Assembly: GCA_035325905.1 (NCBI GenBank)
Contig: DAOKYY010000003.1
Location: forward strand, 15,936-79,935
Length of the DNA stretch: 64,000 bases
DNA from: Aggregatilineaceae bacterium
GTDB lineage: Bacteria; Chloroflexota; Anaerolineae; Aggregatilineales; Aggregatilineaceae
Direction: 5' to 3'
Shown: positions 33,387 through 42,445 of the stretch, in pieces
Layout of the letters: each line of letters opens with the position of its first letter
How positions within the stretch are numbered: position 1 is the first letter of the stretch
Notes under the pieces: model-generated
The model's input: only the letters and a program-made list of their open reading frames with translations
What the model was told of the DNA's origin: nothing
Database searches by the model: none
Translations under genes and position numbers: made by a program

Positions 33387-34685
33387 TCACGACATGATTG
33401 CCGCGTAAAGCTCCTGCGTTTCTTTCTCCGGGACGGCGCCCTCGCCTTTCAGCCGGTCGACGAGGCGCTGGTAATGCGCGGCGGCTTCGCTGCGGCGGCC
33501 CAAGTCCGCGTAGAGCTGCATGATCTGGCGGTGGATCGGCTCGTAGCGGTCATTTTCGCTCGACGCCTTTTGCAGCAGGTTGAGCGCGTTTTCCTGGCGG
33601 CCCTCCTCCAGGCGGATGCGAGCCATCTGGCCGAGCGCCTCCAGGTACCCGGTCTGATAGTCACGGCGGCGCTCGACGATCCACTTGTCGCTGTGCCCTT
33701 GCAAGAATGGGCCGCGATACAGGTCAATCGCTTCCTGCCACCTGGCGGTCTTGTCTTCCGTCTCAGGCGCGCGGCCCTGGACCAAAGCGCCGACGAACGC
33801 CATGATGTCGTAGTAAATCGAGACGTCGGGATTAACGCGGTAGTAACCGTCTTCGTGGACCAGCACATCGAAGTCGAGCGCCTTGTGCAGGCGGCGCTTG
33901 GTGACGTGGAAGACGTTGACGGCCTGGTCATTTTCGAGATCCGGCCAGAACGCCTGGCAGATCTCCGAGCGCGTCACCACCGGGCGGTCGAGCGCGAAGA
34001 AGAACAGCAGGCGCGGCAGATGCCCTTCCCAGGTCTCGACCGGCTCGCCGTTGAGCAGGACATAGCCTGGCCCCAGCGCGTACACTTCGAGCCGGTTCGG
34101 CCCCTCGGCCTTCATGCCGTAGAAGTCGCTGGCGACCACCTGGTCATCGAGCAGGATGACCGCCTTGCGCTGCGCGATCAGCGAGACCCACGGCAGGCGG
34201 GGCAGCGTGCGGCTGTTGATCACGAGCTGGCTGTGCTGCGGCAGATGCAGGATCATCTGCTCGGTGAAGGCTTGCAGATCGTCGGCGCTGTCCGTGCGGT
34301 CGTACTCGTCGAGGATGAGCAGGAATGGCTCGTCGCTCAATTCTCCGACATCCGCCACGAACGCCTCAAGCAACGCGTCATCGTCATTCTGCGACTCGAA
34401 GTGAATCTGGTTGAGGTGTCGCCCGAAGGTCGGATGCTGGTTCGCCAGGTCGTGCGTGATGCCGGACAGGAACGACCGCACATTGACGTCGTCTGGCCCC
34501 ATCGCGTAGTAGAAGACGCGCGTATCGGGATCGTTCATCAACTGCGCGACGAGTACGGACCGGTAGCGGCTTTGCGGGTGCAGCAAGACGACGCGCGCAC
34601 CCTGGCCCCGGTCTTTGAATGCCTGGTAGGACGCTTCGATCAAATTGTTGAGGTTCATAGTTGCCGCTGGCCTCATCGTAAACAC
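33387..34685 (-). CDS. Transcriptional regulator: MalT-like NTPase domain with a degenerate Walker A - winged helix - BTAD
   Basis: The C-terminus has a BTAD/SARP pattern (WQEAIDLYRGPFL...YLEALGQMARIRLEEG...IHRQIMQLYADLGRRSEAAAHYQRL). The middle is an OmpR-type wHTH. In the N-terminus VVLLHPQSRYRSV replaces the GxxGxGK[ST] P-loop, while Walker-B-like LLILDEYD is retained. Confidence 0.7.
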   Translation of the reverse strand: MFTMRPAATMNLNNLIEASYQAFKDRGQGARVVLLHPQSRYRSVLVAQLMNDPDTRVFYYAMGPDDVNVRSFLSGITHDLANQHPTFGRHLNQIHFESQNDDDALLEAFVADVGELSDEPFLLILDEYDRTDSADDLQAFTEQMILHLPQHSQLVINSRTLPRLPWVSLIAQRKAVILLDDQVVASDFYGMKAEGPNRLEVYALGPGYVLLNGEPVETWEGHLPRLLFFFALDRPVVTRSEICQAFWPDLENDQAVNVFHVTKRRLHKALDFDVLVHEDGYYRVNPDVSIYYDIMAFVGALVQGRAPETEDKTARWQEAIDLYRGPFLQGHSDKWIVERRRDYQTGYLEALGQMARIRLEEGRQENALNLLQKASSENDRYEPIHRQIMQLYADLGRRSEAAAHYQRLVDRLKGEGAVPEKETQELYAAIMS

Positions 34686-34784
34686 GCTGAATAGATATCT
34701 CCTAGTATATGCGCAGTAACACGATAAGGCAAACGCTAAGCTGGGCGTATCCGGCGCTTACGAATATGTTGTGGCGCGTGATCT

Positions 34785-34813
34785 TTGACAGTCCTCTCGC
34801 CCGGCACTACAAT
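34785..34813 (+). promoter_or_regulatory. Candidate promoter (TTGACA-17-TACAAT) for the HhH-protein operon
   Basis: Consensus -35 TTGACA at 34785..34790 and TACAAT at 34808..34813, 17-nt spacer, 36 nt upstream of ATG 34850. Confidence 0.6.
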
Positions 34814-34849
34814 GATAAGCACTTTACAGGGGCATTGAGCGAGCGAGCT

Positions 34850-35302
34850 ATGTATAAAGCAGTCCGTAACGCCACGGTTCTTGGGTTGGGCCTGAGCGTC
34901 AGCGCGCTCATCGGGTGGCTGTTCCTGCGCGAGTCGAAGCGCAAGCAGGACGCGCAAACCGTCACGATCAAATCGCAGGTGGGCGGCGGGCAGGCCGAGG
35001 ACATGCCGCCGATTGTGCTGCCGCGCGAGGCGCTTGAGGCCAGCGCCGGTGATCTGGACGAGGAAGGCGAGGTCGAAACGGGGCCGCTGCCCGACGGAGC
35101 GGACGACTTCACCGTGATTCGGGGCATTGGGCCGCGTTTCGCACAGGCTTTGCGCGACGGCGGCATCATGACCTTCGCCGCGCTGGCAGGTGAGACGCCC
35201 GAAAGCCTGGCCGAGCGAATGGCGCCTTACGCCAGCGTGCGGCCGCAGCGCATCCGGGATTTCGATTGGATCGGGCAGGCGAAAGCGCGCGCGAAAGCCT
35301 GA
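34850..35302 (+). CDS. Membrane-anchored helix-hairpin-helix domain protein
   Basis: ATG 34850 (MYKAVRNATVLGLGLSVSALIGWLFL is the TM). C-terminal FTVIRGIGPRFAQALRDGGIMTFAALA is HhH-like. The ORF-track start 34709 lies upstream of the predicted promoter. Confidence 0.6.
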   Translation: MYKAVRNATVLGLGLSVSALIGWLFLRESKRKQDAQTVTIKSQVGGGQAEDMPPIVLPREALEASAGDLDEEGEVETGPLPDGADDFTVIRGIGPRFAQALRDGGIMTFAALAGETPESLAERMAPYASVRPQRIRDFDWIGQAKARAKA

Positions 35303-35637
35303 TGGCGCCCCATACTCCGACCGAGATCACGCTAAACCAGCGCGACGGCGAGCTGGTGATCGTCTGGGCCAGCGGGCGCGTGTGCCACTACCCGCTGGAT
35401 CGCCTGCGGCTGGCCTGCCCGTGCGTGGAGTGCCGGGGCGGGCACGAGCGCATGGGGCCGTCCTACGACCCGGAAGACATCATGAGCGTCACGCCGACCC
35501 GCCCGTACCAGGTCGAGCAGGTCGCGCAGGTGGGCAACTACGCGCTTCAGTTTCATTGGGACGACGGGCACCATACCGGGATTTACACCTGGGATTACCT
35601 CTACCGGCTATGCCCGGCGGAGAAGAGCCGTGCTTGA
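35302..35637 (+). CDS. DUF971-type protein (gamma-butyrobetaine hydroxylase-like N-terminal domain)
   Basis: LVIVWASGRVCHYPLDRLRLACPCVECRGG and the GNYALQFHWDDGHHTGIYTWDYL pattern. Its ATG overlaps the upstream stop (TGATG). Confidence 0.7.
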   Translation: MAPHTPTEITLNQRDGELVIVWASGRVCHYPLDRLRLACPCVECRGGHERMGPSYDPEDIMSVTPTRPYQVEQVAQVGNYALQFHWDDGHHTGIYTWDYLYRLCPAEKSRA

Positions 35638-36202
35638 GGATTTTGGCAGCCAGACGTTTTTGACGCTCTCCGATGTGGCGCATCTGCGGCTCGAGGCGCT
35701 CCAGATTTTTGAGCAGGGGCTGGCGAGCCATGACGTGTCCGATCTGATGCGCTTCATCGAGCGCCAGATCGCGCAGTCCCCGCCGCAGATGGTGCTGCTG
35801 CGCGAGCTGGCCGCCGACCTGGAAGAGCGCATGGCGTTGCTGCACGCGCATCGTTTCGACGCGCGCGAGCAGGTCGTCCGCCTGCTCTGGGAAGGGTACG
35901 CGGTCGATATCACGCCGCTGGCCCCAGTCGAGGCGGTCGAGCAGTATCACACGCTGCGCGTGGTCGATGTGATGGCGCGCGTGCTCGCCGGAGGGCCGGA
36001 GGCGCAGGCCGATGCGCCATTGCTGCAGCGAGTCGTCGAAGCCTCGCTCGGCAAGGCCGCCGAGCTTCAGCGCAAGATCGAGCTGACGCAGCAGGTTTTC
36101 CGGCTGCTAGCGGATTGGCTCGACGGGATCAACGCCACGACCGCCCGCCGCTACGGTCACTACTTCGTGGACCGGAAACAGCATCGCGACCTGTGGCACT
36201 GA
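35630..36202 (+). CDS. Hypothetical helical protein (190 aa)
   Basis: GTG start overlapping the DUF971 gene end by 8 nt. No motif recognised. Confidence 0.5.
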   Translation: MLEDFGSQTFLTLSDVAHLRLEALQIFEQGLASHDVSDLMRFIERQIAQSPPQMVLLRELAADLEERMALLHAHRFDAREQVVRLLWEGYAVDITPLAPVEAVEQYHTLRVVDVMARVLAGGPEAQADAPLLQRVVEASLGKAAELQRKIELTQQVFRLLADWLDGINATTARRYGHYFVDRKQHRDLWH

Positions 36203-36269
36203 GGCTGCACGGCGAGCGGGCGCGCCAGGAGCCACGTCCGGGCGGACAAACTGCGTCACTCACAGGCAA

Positions 36270-36848
36270 ATGGGGAAGTGCATGGGCCAATCGTACGAGC
36301 GGTATCTCGCCGAGATTCTGATCCCCGAAGACGAGCTACAAGCCCGTATCCGCGAGATGGGGGCGCAGATCACCGCCGACTATCGCGAAGTCAGCAACCT
36401 GCACCTGATCTGCGTGTTGAAGGGCGGCGTCATGTTCCTCGCGGACCTGACGCGCCATATCGACCTGCCGCATAGCATCGACTTCATGGCGATCTCCAGC
36501 TATGGCGCCGGGGTGCGCGAGTCGTCCGGCCGGGTGCGTATCGAGATGGACCTCAGCCACGACATCGCCGGCAAGAACATCCTGGTCGTCGAAGACATCG
36601 TCGACAGCGGCCACACCCTCGATTACATCGTCAGCCTGCTCAGCACGCGCAAGCCCGCCAGCATCCGCATCTGCGCCCTGCTGAGCAAGCCGAGCCGCCG
36701 GCAGGTCCCGATCCAGCTGGATTACGTTGGGTTCGAGATCCCCGACAAGTTTGTGTTCGGCTACGGGCTGGACCTGGACGAGCTGTACCGCAACCTGCCC
36801 TTCGTAGGCGTCTGCCGGCCGGGCGCCGTGGCCGGAGAAGCCGAGTGA
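36270..36848 (+). CDS. hpt: Hypoxanthine phosphoribosyltransferase
   Basis: PRPP-binding motif ILVVEDIVDSGHTL and the C-terminal FVFGYGLDLDELYRNLPF. Alternative ATG at 36282. Confidence 0.9.
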   Translation: MGKCMGQSYERYLAEILIPEDELQARIREMGAQITADYREVSNLHLICVLKGGVMFLADLTRHIDLPHSIDFMAISSYGAGVRESSGRVRIEMDLSHDIAGKNILVVEDIVDSGHTLDYIVSLLSTRKPASIRICALLSKPSRRQVPIQLDYVGFEIPDKFVFGYGLDLDELYRNLPFVGVCRPGAVAGEAE

Positions 36849-38359
36849 GGCTCGACCCCCAGCCGCCGATTCGCCCGCTGATCTGGCCGCCGGTTGTCGA
36901 AGCGGTCTGCGCCGCCGTACCACCGGGCGCGGGCGCTTACCTGGTCGGCGGCGTCGTGCGCGACGCGATTCTCCACCGCCCCATCCACGATATCGATCTC
37001 GCCACGCCGGGCGATGGCGGCCCGATCGCGCGGCGCATTGCGGACGCGCTGGGCGGCGATTATTACCCGCTGGACGCTGAGCGCGGCGTCGGGCGGGCGC
37101 TGATCCCCTGGGAAGGCGATCAGATCATCGTCGATGTGGCTCGCTTTCGCGGCCCTGACCTGCTGGCCGACCTGCGCCTGCGCGATTTCACGGTCAACGC
37201 GCTGGCCGTGCCCGTTTCGGGCGACCGGTCGCGCGTGATCGACCCGCTCGGCGGCATGGCCGACCTGGGGCGCAAGGTCCTGCGGCGCTGCGGCGCGCAG
37301 TCGATTGCCAGCGATCCGGTGCGCGGGCTGCGCGCTGTGCGCGCCAGCGTGGATTACGGGCTGCGGATCGAGCGCGCGACGCAGGCTGACGTGCGGGCGC
37401 ACGCCGCGCGCCTGGTCGACACCTCGCCGGAGCGCGTGCGCGACGAGTTCCTGCAACTGCTCGGCTCGGCCCGGCCGGGCGCGGCGCTGGCTGCTGCCGC
37501 GCGTCTGGAGCTGCTGTCGCCGATCCTACCTGAGCTAAGCGGTCTGGACGCTGTCGAGCAAGGTCCGCCGCACCAGTACGATGTCTGGAAACACACGCTG
37601 CTGACCGTCGAGCGCCTCGACGCCCTGCTGCGGATCGTCGGCCCGCAGCGCGATCTGCGAGACGCGGCCAACATCGCGTATGGTGCGGTCGTGATCGCGG
37701 TCGCGCACCTGCGCCCGCAGCTTGCCGAGCACCTGAGCGTCACGTGGGCTAACGGCCGGTCACACCGGACGCTGCTGTTGCTGGCGGCGCTGCTACATGA
37801 CGCCGGAAAAGCGCAGACACGCGAGGTTGACAGCGACGGACGGGTGCATTTCTACGGGCACGAGACAATCAGCCGCTCGGTCGCTCTGTCGGTCGGCGAG
37901 CGGCTGCGTCTGAGCCGGGACGAGATCGGGCGGCTGGCGAAGATCGTCGGGCACCACATGCGCCCGCACTGGCTCGCCGATGGCCCGCAGCTTTCGGCGC
38001 GCGCTGCGTATCGCTTCTGGCGCGACACCGGCGCGGCGGGGGTGGACATCTGTTTGCTGGGGCTGGCGGATTACCTGGCGACGGTTGGTCCGGCGCTCGA
38101 TCATGACGACTGGCTGGCGTATGTCGAGACGCAGCAGCAGCTTCTGAACCGCTATTTCCTCGATTACGACAATTCCGTTGCGCCTGCGCCGCTGCTGACC
38201 GGCCATACCCTGATCCGCAAGTTCGGGCTGGAGCCGGGGCCGGAGATCGGCGCGATCCTCGAAGGGCTGCGCGAGGCGCAGGCCGCCGGTGAGGTTTCGA
38301 CTCAGGACGAGGCTTTGGGTTGGGTGCGCCGCTTTCTCGAACGCGCGTCGCGGAACTGA
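36845..38359 (+). CDS. cca: CCA-adding enzyme / tRNA nucleotidyltransferase with HD domain
   Basis: GGVVRDAILHRPIHDIDLA nucleotidyltransferase motif and an HD region LLHDAGK...GHE. Its GTG start overlaps the hpt stop (GTGA). Confidence 0.8.
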   Translation: MRLDPQPPIRPLIWPPVVEAVCAAVPPGAGAYLVGGVVRDAILHRPIHDIDLATPGDGGPIARRIADALGGDYYPLDAERGVGRALIPWEGDQIIVDVARFRGPDLLADLRLRDFTVNALAVPVSGDRSRVIDPLGGMADLGRKVLRRCGAQSIASDPVRGLRAVRASVDYGLRIERATQADVRAHAARLVDTSPERVRDEFLQLLGSARPGAALAAAARLELLSPILPELSGLDAVEQGPPHQYDVWKHTLLTVERLDALLRIVGPQRDLRDAANIAYGAVVIAVAHLRPQLAEHLSVTWANGRSHRTLLLLAALLHDAGKAQTREVDSDGRVHFYGHETISRSVALSVGERLRLSRDEIGRLAKIVGHHMRPHWLADGPQLSARAAYRFWRDTGAAGVDICLLGLADYLATVGPALDHDDWLAYVETQQQLLNRYFLDYDNSVAPAPLLTGHTLIRKFGLEPGPEIGAILEGLREAQAAGEVSTQDEALGWVRRFLERASRN

Positions 38360-38365
38360 AGCGCC

Positions 38366-38941
38366 CTACCCCACCGGCGGCTCTGGCTCGATCCGCTCGA
38401 AGAACCACAACAGCGTCTTGCCATAGCGCCGCTCGTCATAGGCTTCCAGCGCGCTGAGAGTAACCGGCTGCTGCTCGGAGGGGTCGATCTGCACGATCAC
38501 CACGCCGTCCGGGTTGAGGTGGTGCGGCGCTTCGTCCAGCAAGAGCAGCGCGTCTTTCCATAGCGTTTTGTACTGCGGCGGGGCAATGTAGACGTAGTCG
38601 AAGGCGCGCGGCTGGCGGCGGCGCAGGTAGTCGAACGCGCTGACGCGCAGCACTGTCGCGCGGTCCGCCAGGCCGGTGAGCGCCAGGTTTTCGTGAATGG
38701 TGCGGATCGCCATCCGGTCGCTGTCGATAAACAGCGCCGACGCCGCGCCCCGGCTGAGCGCTTCGATCCCGACGCTGCCGGTTCCCGCGAACAGGTCGAG
38801 GAAAGATGCGTCTCGCAGCCCGGTGCCGAGGATGTTGAACAGCGCCTCCTTGACGCGATCCATCACCGGCCGGGTCGTGTCGCCTGGTACCAGCTTGAGC
38901 CGCCGGCCTTTGGCGGTTCCTCCGATCACGCGGATAGGCAC
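38366..38941 (-). CDS. rsmD: 16S rRNA (guanine966-N2)-methyltransferase RsmD
   Basis: RVIGGTAKGRRL, SAM motif LDLFAGTGSVGIEALSRGA and IAPPQY. Confidence 0.85.
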   Translation of the reverse strand: MPIRVIGGTAKGRRLKLVPGDTTRPVMDRVKEALFNILGTGLRDASFLDLFAGTGSVGIEALSRGAASALFIDSDRMAIRTIHENLALTGLADRATVLRVSAFDYLRRRQPRAFDYVYIAPPQYKTLWKDALLLLDEAPHHLNPDGVVIVQIDPSEQQPVTLSALEAYDERRYGKTLLWFFERIEPEPPVG

Positions 38942-38951
38942 GCGGCGCCTC

Positions 38952-39944
38952 TCAGCTTCCCGTCTCGACGACTTCGCGGGCGGCCCGGATATTGGACTGC
39001 GGCGTGGTGGTCATGATGACGCAGCCGGTGGAGAGAATGAAACGGCGAGCGTTCGTCTGCTCGATCGCGTCCCGCGCCTGGGCGCGGACCTCGACCGGCG
39101 TGCCGGTGTGCATCGGCTCCATGCGCCCGATGCCGCCGCTGACCGCGCCCGGGAACAGCACTTTGCCGTTGGCGAGGTCCGGGTCGCTCTCGCGGTCGTG
39201 CCAGTTCAGCGCCTGGAGCGGGTAATCTTTAACCGCGCTCAGCATCGGGGCGCGGCCATGCAGGTGGCCCAGGTTGAACCACCACTCCGGCGGCAGCGCC
39301 TCCAGGACGCGCAGATCGTAGGGCCGCCCGAATTCCAGGTACTCGCTCTCGCTCATGACCGTGTAGGAGGCGTGCTGGATGGCGTAGAAGATGCCCGCGA
39401 CGCCGCTGCGCCGCATGGCGTCGATGAAACGTAGCGTGCTTTCGGTCAGCGTGCTGAGGCCGGTCTTCAGCCGGTCAGGCGCGGTGCGCATATGCTCGAT
39501 CAGGCGCTCGGTGCCCGCGACGTTCTTGGCCTGGGCCAGCGGGCTGAAGACGGTCTGGATATAGGGCACCTCGTCGCCGAAAGCTTCCTTGAGCAGGCGG
39601 AGAGTCTCAAGCTGGCGACCCAGCGCGCCTTTGGTCGGGTCGAGCACGCGCAATTCGGTCCAGTCCAGCGAGCGGTGAACGGCGCGCTTGACGTACTTGC
39701 GCGTGCCTTCCAGCTCGCCTTCCCAGCGGTCCTGGACGCCGTAATCGGTCACGCAGAAGCTGCTGGCCGGCGACACCTTGACAAAGTCAAAATCCCACCG
39801 CCGCTGAAAAGCGACGGTCGCCTCGGCCAGATCGGCGGCGCGCTGGTCATCGCCCGGCCAGTGTCGCCACAGGGCGACCGGCACGCGATCGGCCTCCTGG
39901 CCGGCGATCGTCTTTTCCAGCCGCTCGCGTTTGGTCAGCGTCAT
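38952..39944 (-). CDS. Uroporphyrinogen decarboxylase-family (URO-D / MtaA-CmuA-like) protein
   Basis: The N-terminal ADRVPVALWRHWPG pattern and overall length fit the URO-D fold family. Substrate unknown. Confidence 0.65.
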   Translation of the reverse strand: MTLTKRERLEKTIAGQEADRVPVALWRHWPGDDQRAADLAEATVAFQRRWDFDFVKVSPASSFCVTDYGVQDRWEGELEGTRKYVKRAVHRSLDWTELRVLDPTKGALGRQLETLRLLKEAFGDEVPYIQTVFSPLAQAKNVAGTERLIEHMRTAPDRLKTGLSTLTESTLRFIDAMRRSGVAGIFYAIQHASYTVMSESEYLEFGRPYDLRVLEALPPEWWFNLGHLHGRAPMLSAVKDYPLQALNWHDRESDPDLANGKVLFPGAVSGGIGRMEPMHTGTPVEVRAQARDAIEQTNARRFILSTGCVIMTTTPQSNIRAAREVVETGS

Positions 39945-39979
39945 GATGGCTCCTGACGATTGTGCGCCGCAGAAAAAGA

Positions 39980-40294
39980 TCAGGTGATGAACTGCTCGAG
40001 ATAGGCAAGCTGTTGCTCCACCATCCGGTTGAGCATGAAGTAGCGCCCCGGCGTGGTCACGTCCTCGTTCACGCGCTCTTTTTCGATGAGCTGCTTCACC
40101 TTGAGGAAGACCTCGCGCGCCTGGTCGTTCTGATTCAGGCCGCGATAGGCAAGGCCCAGCCCCCAGTTAGCGTCGATGTTGGCCGGATTGCCTCGTACAA
40201 TCTCAGTAAACTGCTGGACTGCGGCATCGTCCTGCCCTTTGTAGTGGGCGCTCCACGCTGCGCCAATCCGGGCGTCAAGGTCTTTGTCGGTCAT
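39980..40294 (-). CDS. Small TPR-like protein
   Basis: I prefer ATG 40292..40294 (MTDKDLDARIG). Helical-hairpin repeats AVQQFTEIVRGNPANIDANWGLGLAYRGLNQNDQAREVF. Confidence 0.6.
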   Translation of the reverse strand: MTDKDLDARIGAAWSAHYKGQDDAAVQQFTEIVRGNPANIDANWGLGLAYRGLNQNDQAREVFLKVKQLIEKERVNEDVTTPGRYFMLNRMVEQQLAYLEQFIT

Positions 40295-40443
40295 CGTTTT
40301 CTCCGCTGTCAGGCATCCGGTCCGCACGCTGGACCCTATGAAACCGCACTCAAGCATTATAGCTTAGGCAAGGCAGTTGGCAAGATAACCCGGTAGACTA
40401 CCAGAAAAACGCATCAAATTCATCGCGTATCAACCGGTTCACC

Positions 40444-42279
40444 TCACCCCCGCTCGGCGCTAACGTGTCTCGTCCCGGCCCGCTCGCGGCGCGCGGCCAG
40501 CCTCAGCCCCAGCGCGAACGCGGCGGCAGTCAGCACCCAGCCGGCCCGGCGAGCGCCAGTCGCGCTATAGCTCAGTTGCAACTCGTGACGGCCTTCGGGT
40601 ACGGACAGGGCAATCAGGCCGTCAGGCTCGGTCGCGCGGAGCGTCACAGGGCGCCCATCGAGATGCGCTCGCCAGCCTTCAGCCATGAACGTACGCAGCG
40701 TGATCTCCGCCCCACCCGCTGAGCGGACCAGAATCCGCGCCGACTGCGGGGTGTGCTCGATGACGTCGACCAGCGTCGTCGCCGGAAGATGGTCGCGCAC
40801 GATCTTGTCCACGGTGTCCGACTCGTAGGACACGAGCAGCGACGGCTCGGCGGCGGGCGGCCCCGGCGCGGCGCGCGGCAGCAGCCACCCCGCCTCCCGT
40901 GCTACGAGCGGCGCGCCTGCCGCCTCGCTCTGGACCAGGCTGGCAGGCGTCAGCGGTGGCATGGCGCCGGACCAGGCCGGGAGCGACGGCGGCAGCAGCC
41001 CGCCCCCTGCGATCGCGGCGGTTAGGGCGAGTATCCCCGCGACGCGGACGCGCGCCGAGCGGCGACGTTGCAGCCGGTGGCCCAGCGAAGCGCCTGCCAG
41101 CGCGCCGCACAGCGCCGCTGGGAAGACAAGGTCGCGGGGGCCAAAAGGCGGCCACTCCACGCTCCAGCGGGTGCCCAGTGGCGGCAGCGCCCCGATCAGC
41201 AGTAACGCCCCGGCCAGCGCGAACAGCCCTGTTTCACGCGCCGCAGGATCGGATCGCTCTGCTCCATGTGCGCTTCTGATCAGGCGCGGCGCGACGGCCA
41301 TCAGCAGCGCCAGCGCCGCAGCGCCCCACAGCGCGATGCCCAGCGCGGCGGCCGGCGTCGAGTTAATCGCGGCGCGATTGAGCGGCGCGTTCCAGCCGAA
41401 GATGTCCGCCGGGGATGGGCTGCCGAAACCCGTAAGCGGGGCGTCCGCAACAGGCAGCCAGCGCACCGCGCCGCGCTCGGCCCAGGCGGGGAGCCAGTAA
41501 AATGCGCTTGCCAGGAAGCCTAGCGCATACGCCGTGAGCGCGAGCCGGTGATGTGCGCGCTCTTCAGCGGGCGCAGCGCGCTGGAGCAACAGCCACGCCA
41601 GAATCAGCGCGCCGAAGATCAGATTCAGCGGCTGGTGCGCCAGCCAGAGCGCCATGCACGAACCCGCCGCCAGCAGCAAGTCCGTCCCGCGTCCGGAGTC
41701 GCGCAGGCGGTCGAGCGCCCACAGGCTAGCGAGGAACAGGCCGCCCGCCCACAGCGCGCCGAGGTCGGCTTGCAGCAGCGGCTTGACCAGCGCGACCTGC
41801 GGGCTGAACAGGCCGAGCGCCGCCGCCAGCACTCCGGCGTAAGCGCCCCAGCGACGCCGCGCGAAGCCGAACAGCGCCAGCCCCAACACGATCTGCGCGC
41901 CGATCAGGGTGAATTTGACGCTGTACTCGGCGCTGGTTTGCGCCAGGACGCGATGCAGCCCCGCCAGGTAGTGCGGCAGCGGCGGCAGGTGGCTCCAGAC
42001 CGGCGAGCCATAGCCCAGGTTGAAATCGGCGGCCCAGCGCGGATACAGGATGCCCGCCTGGATGCTCTCGCTCATTTCCAGCGCGCGGGCGGCTTCGCTC
42101 CGCAGCCCGTCGCTCGGAGGCAGCCCCGCCCGCAAGAGCAGCGGCGCGATCAGCGCCAGCGCCAGGACTCCGGCGAGCGCCAGCGGCCAGTCCACCGCCC
42201 GGCGCGTGCGGCGCATCCAGGCGGGCAGCTCGTCGTAAGCGATGTCTACCGGCCATTCCGGCATTTTCGGCGGGAACAC
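40444..42279 (-). CDS. Polytopic membrane protein, GT-C-like (PTPS-related/COG5617-like) putative glycosyltransferase
   Basis: More than 10 hydrophobic helices. First-loop motif GILYPRWAADFNLGYGSPVWSHLPPLPHYL is typical of this family. C-terminal soluble beta-rich domain. Confidence 0.5.
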   Translation of the reverse strand: MFPPKMPEWPVDIAYDELPAWMRRTRRAVDWPLALAGVLALALIAPLLLRAGLPPSDGLRSEAARALEMSESIQAGILYPRWAADFNLGYGSPVWSHLPPLPHYLAGLHRVLAQTSAEYSVKFTLIGAQIVLGLALFGFARRRWGAYAGVLAAALGLFSPQVALVKPLLQADLGALWAGGLFLASLWALDRLRDSGRGTDLLLAAGSCMALWLAHQPLNLIFGALILAWLLLQRAAPAEERAHHRLALTAYALGFLASAFYWLPAWAERGAVRWLPVADAPLTGFGSPSPADIFGWNAPLNRAAINSTPAAALGIALWGAAALALLMAVAPRLIRSAHGAERSDPAARETGLFALAGALLLIGALPPLGTRWSVEWPPFGPRDLVFPAALCGALAGASLGHRLQRRRSARVRVAGILALTAAIAGGGLLPPSLPAWSGAMPPLTPASLVQSEAAGAPLVAREAGWLLPRAAPGPPAAEPSLLVSYESDTVDKIVRDHLPATTLVDVIEHTPQSARILVRSAGGAEITLRTFMAEGWRAHLDGRPVTLRATEPDGLIALSVPEGRHELQLSYSATGARRAGWVLTAAAFALGLRLAARRERAGTRHVSAERG

Positions 42280-42366
42280 GCGGTAAGCCCTTCTTCCTGG
42301 CGGCGTGTATTACAGCCGGGCAGCATCACGAAGCCGCGCCGCACGCCTCGACGCGCTCTCAGTTCC

Positions 42367-42375
42367 TGGTATAAT
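42367..42375 (+). promoter_or_regulatory. Extended -10 TGGTATAAT upstream of the Ser/Thr kinase gene
   Basis: TGGTATAAT at 42367..42375, 70 nt upstream of ATG 42446. Confidence 0.45.
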
Positions 42376-42445
42376 GGTACTCGATGGGGCGGGATTGCGC
42401 CGGGCCGTCGGTGTCGCGCCGACAAGCACCCGCTGCCGGCGCCGC

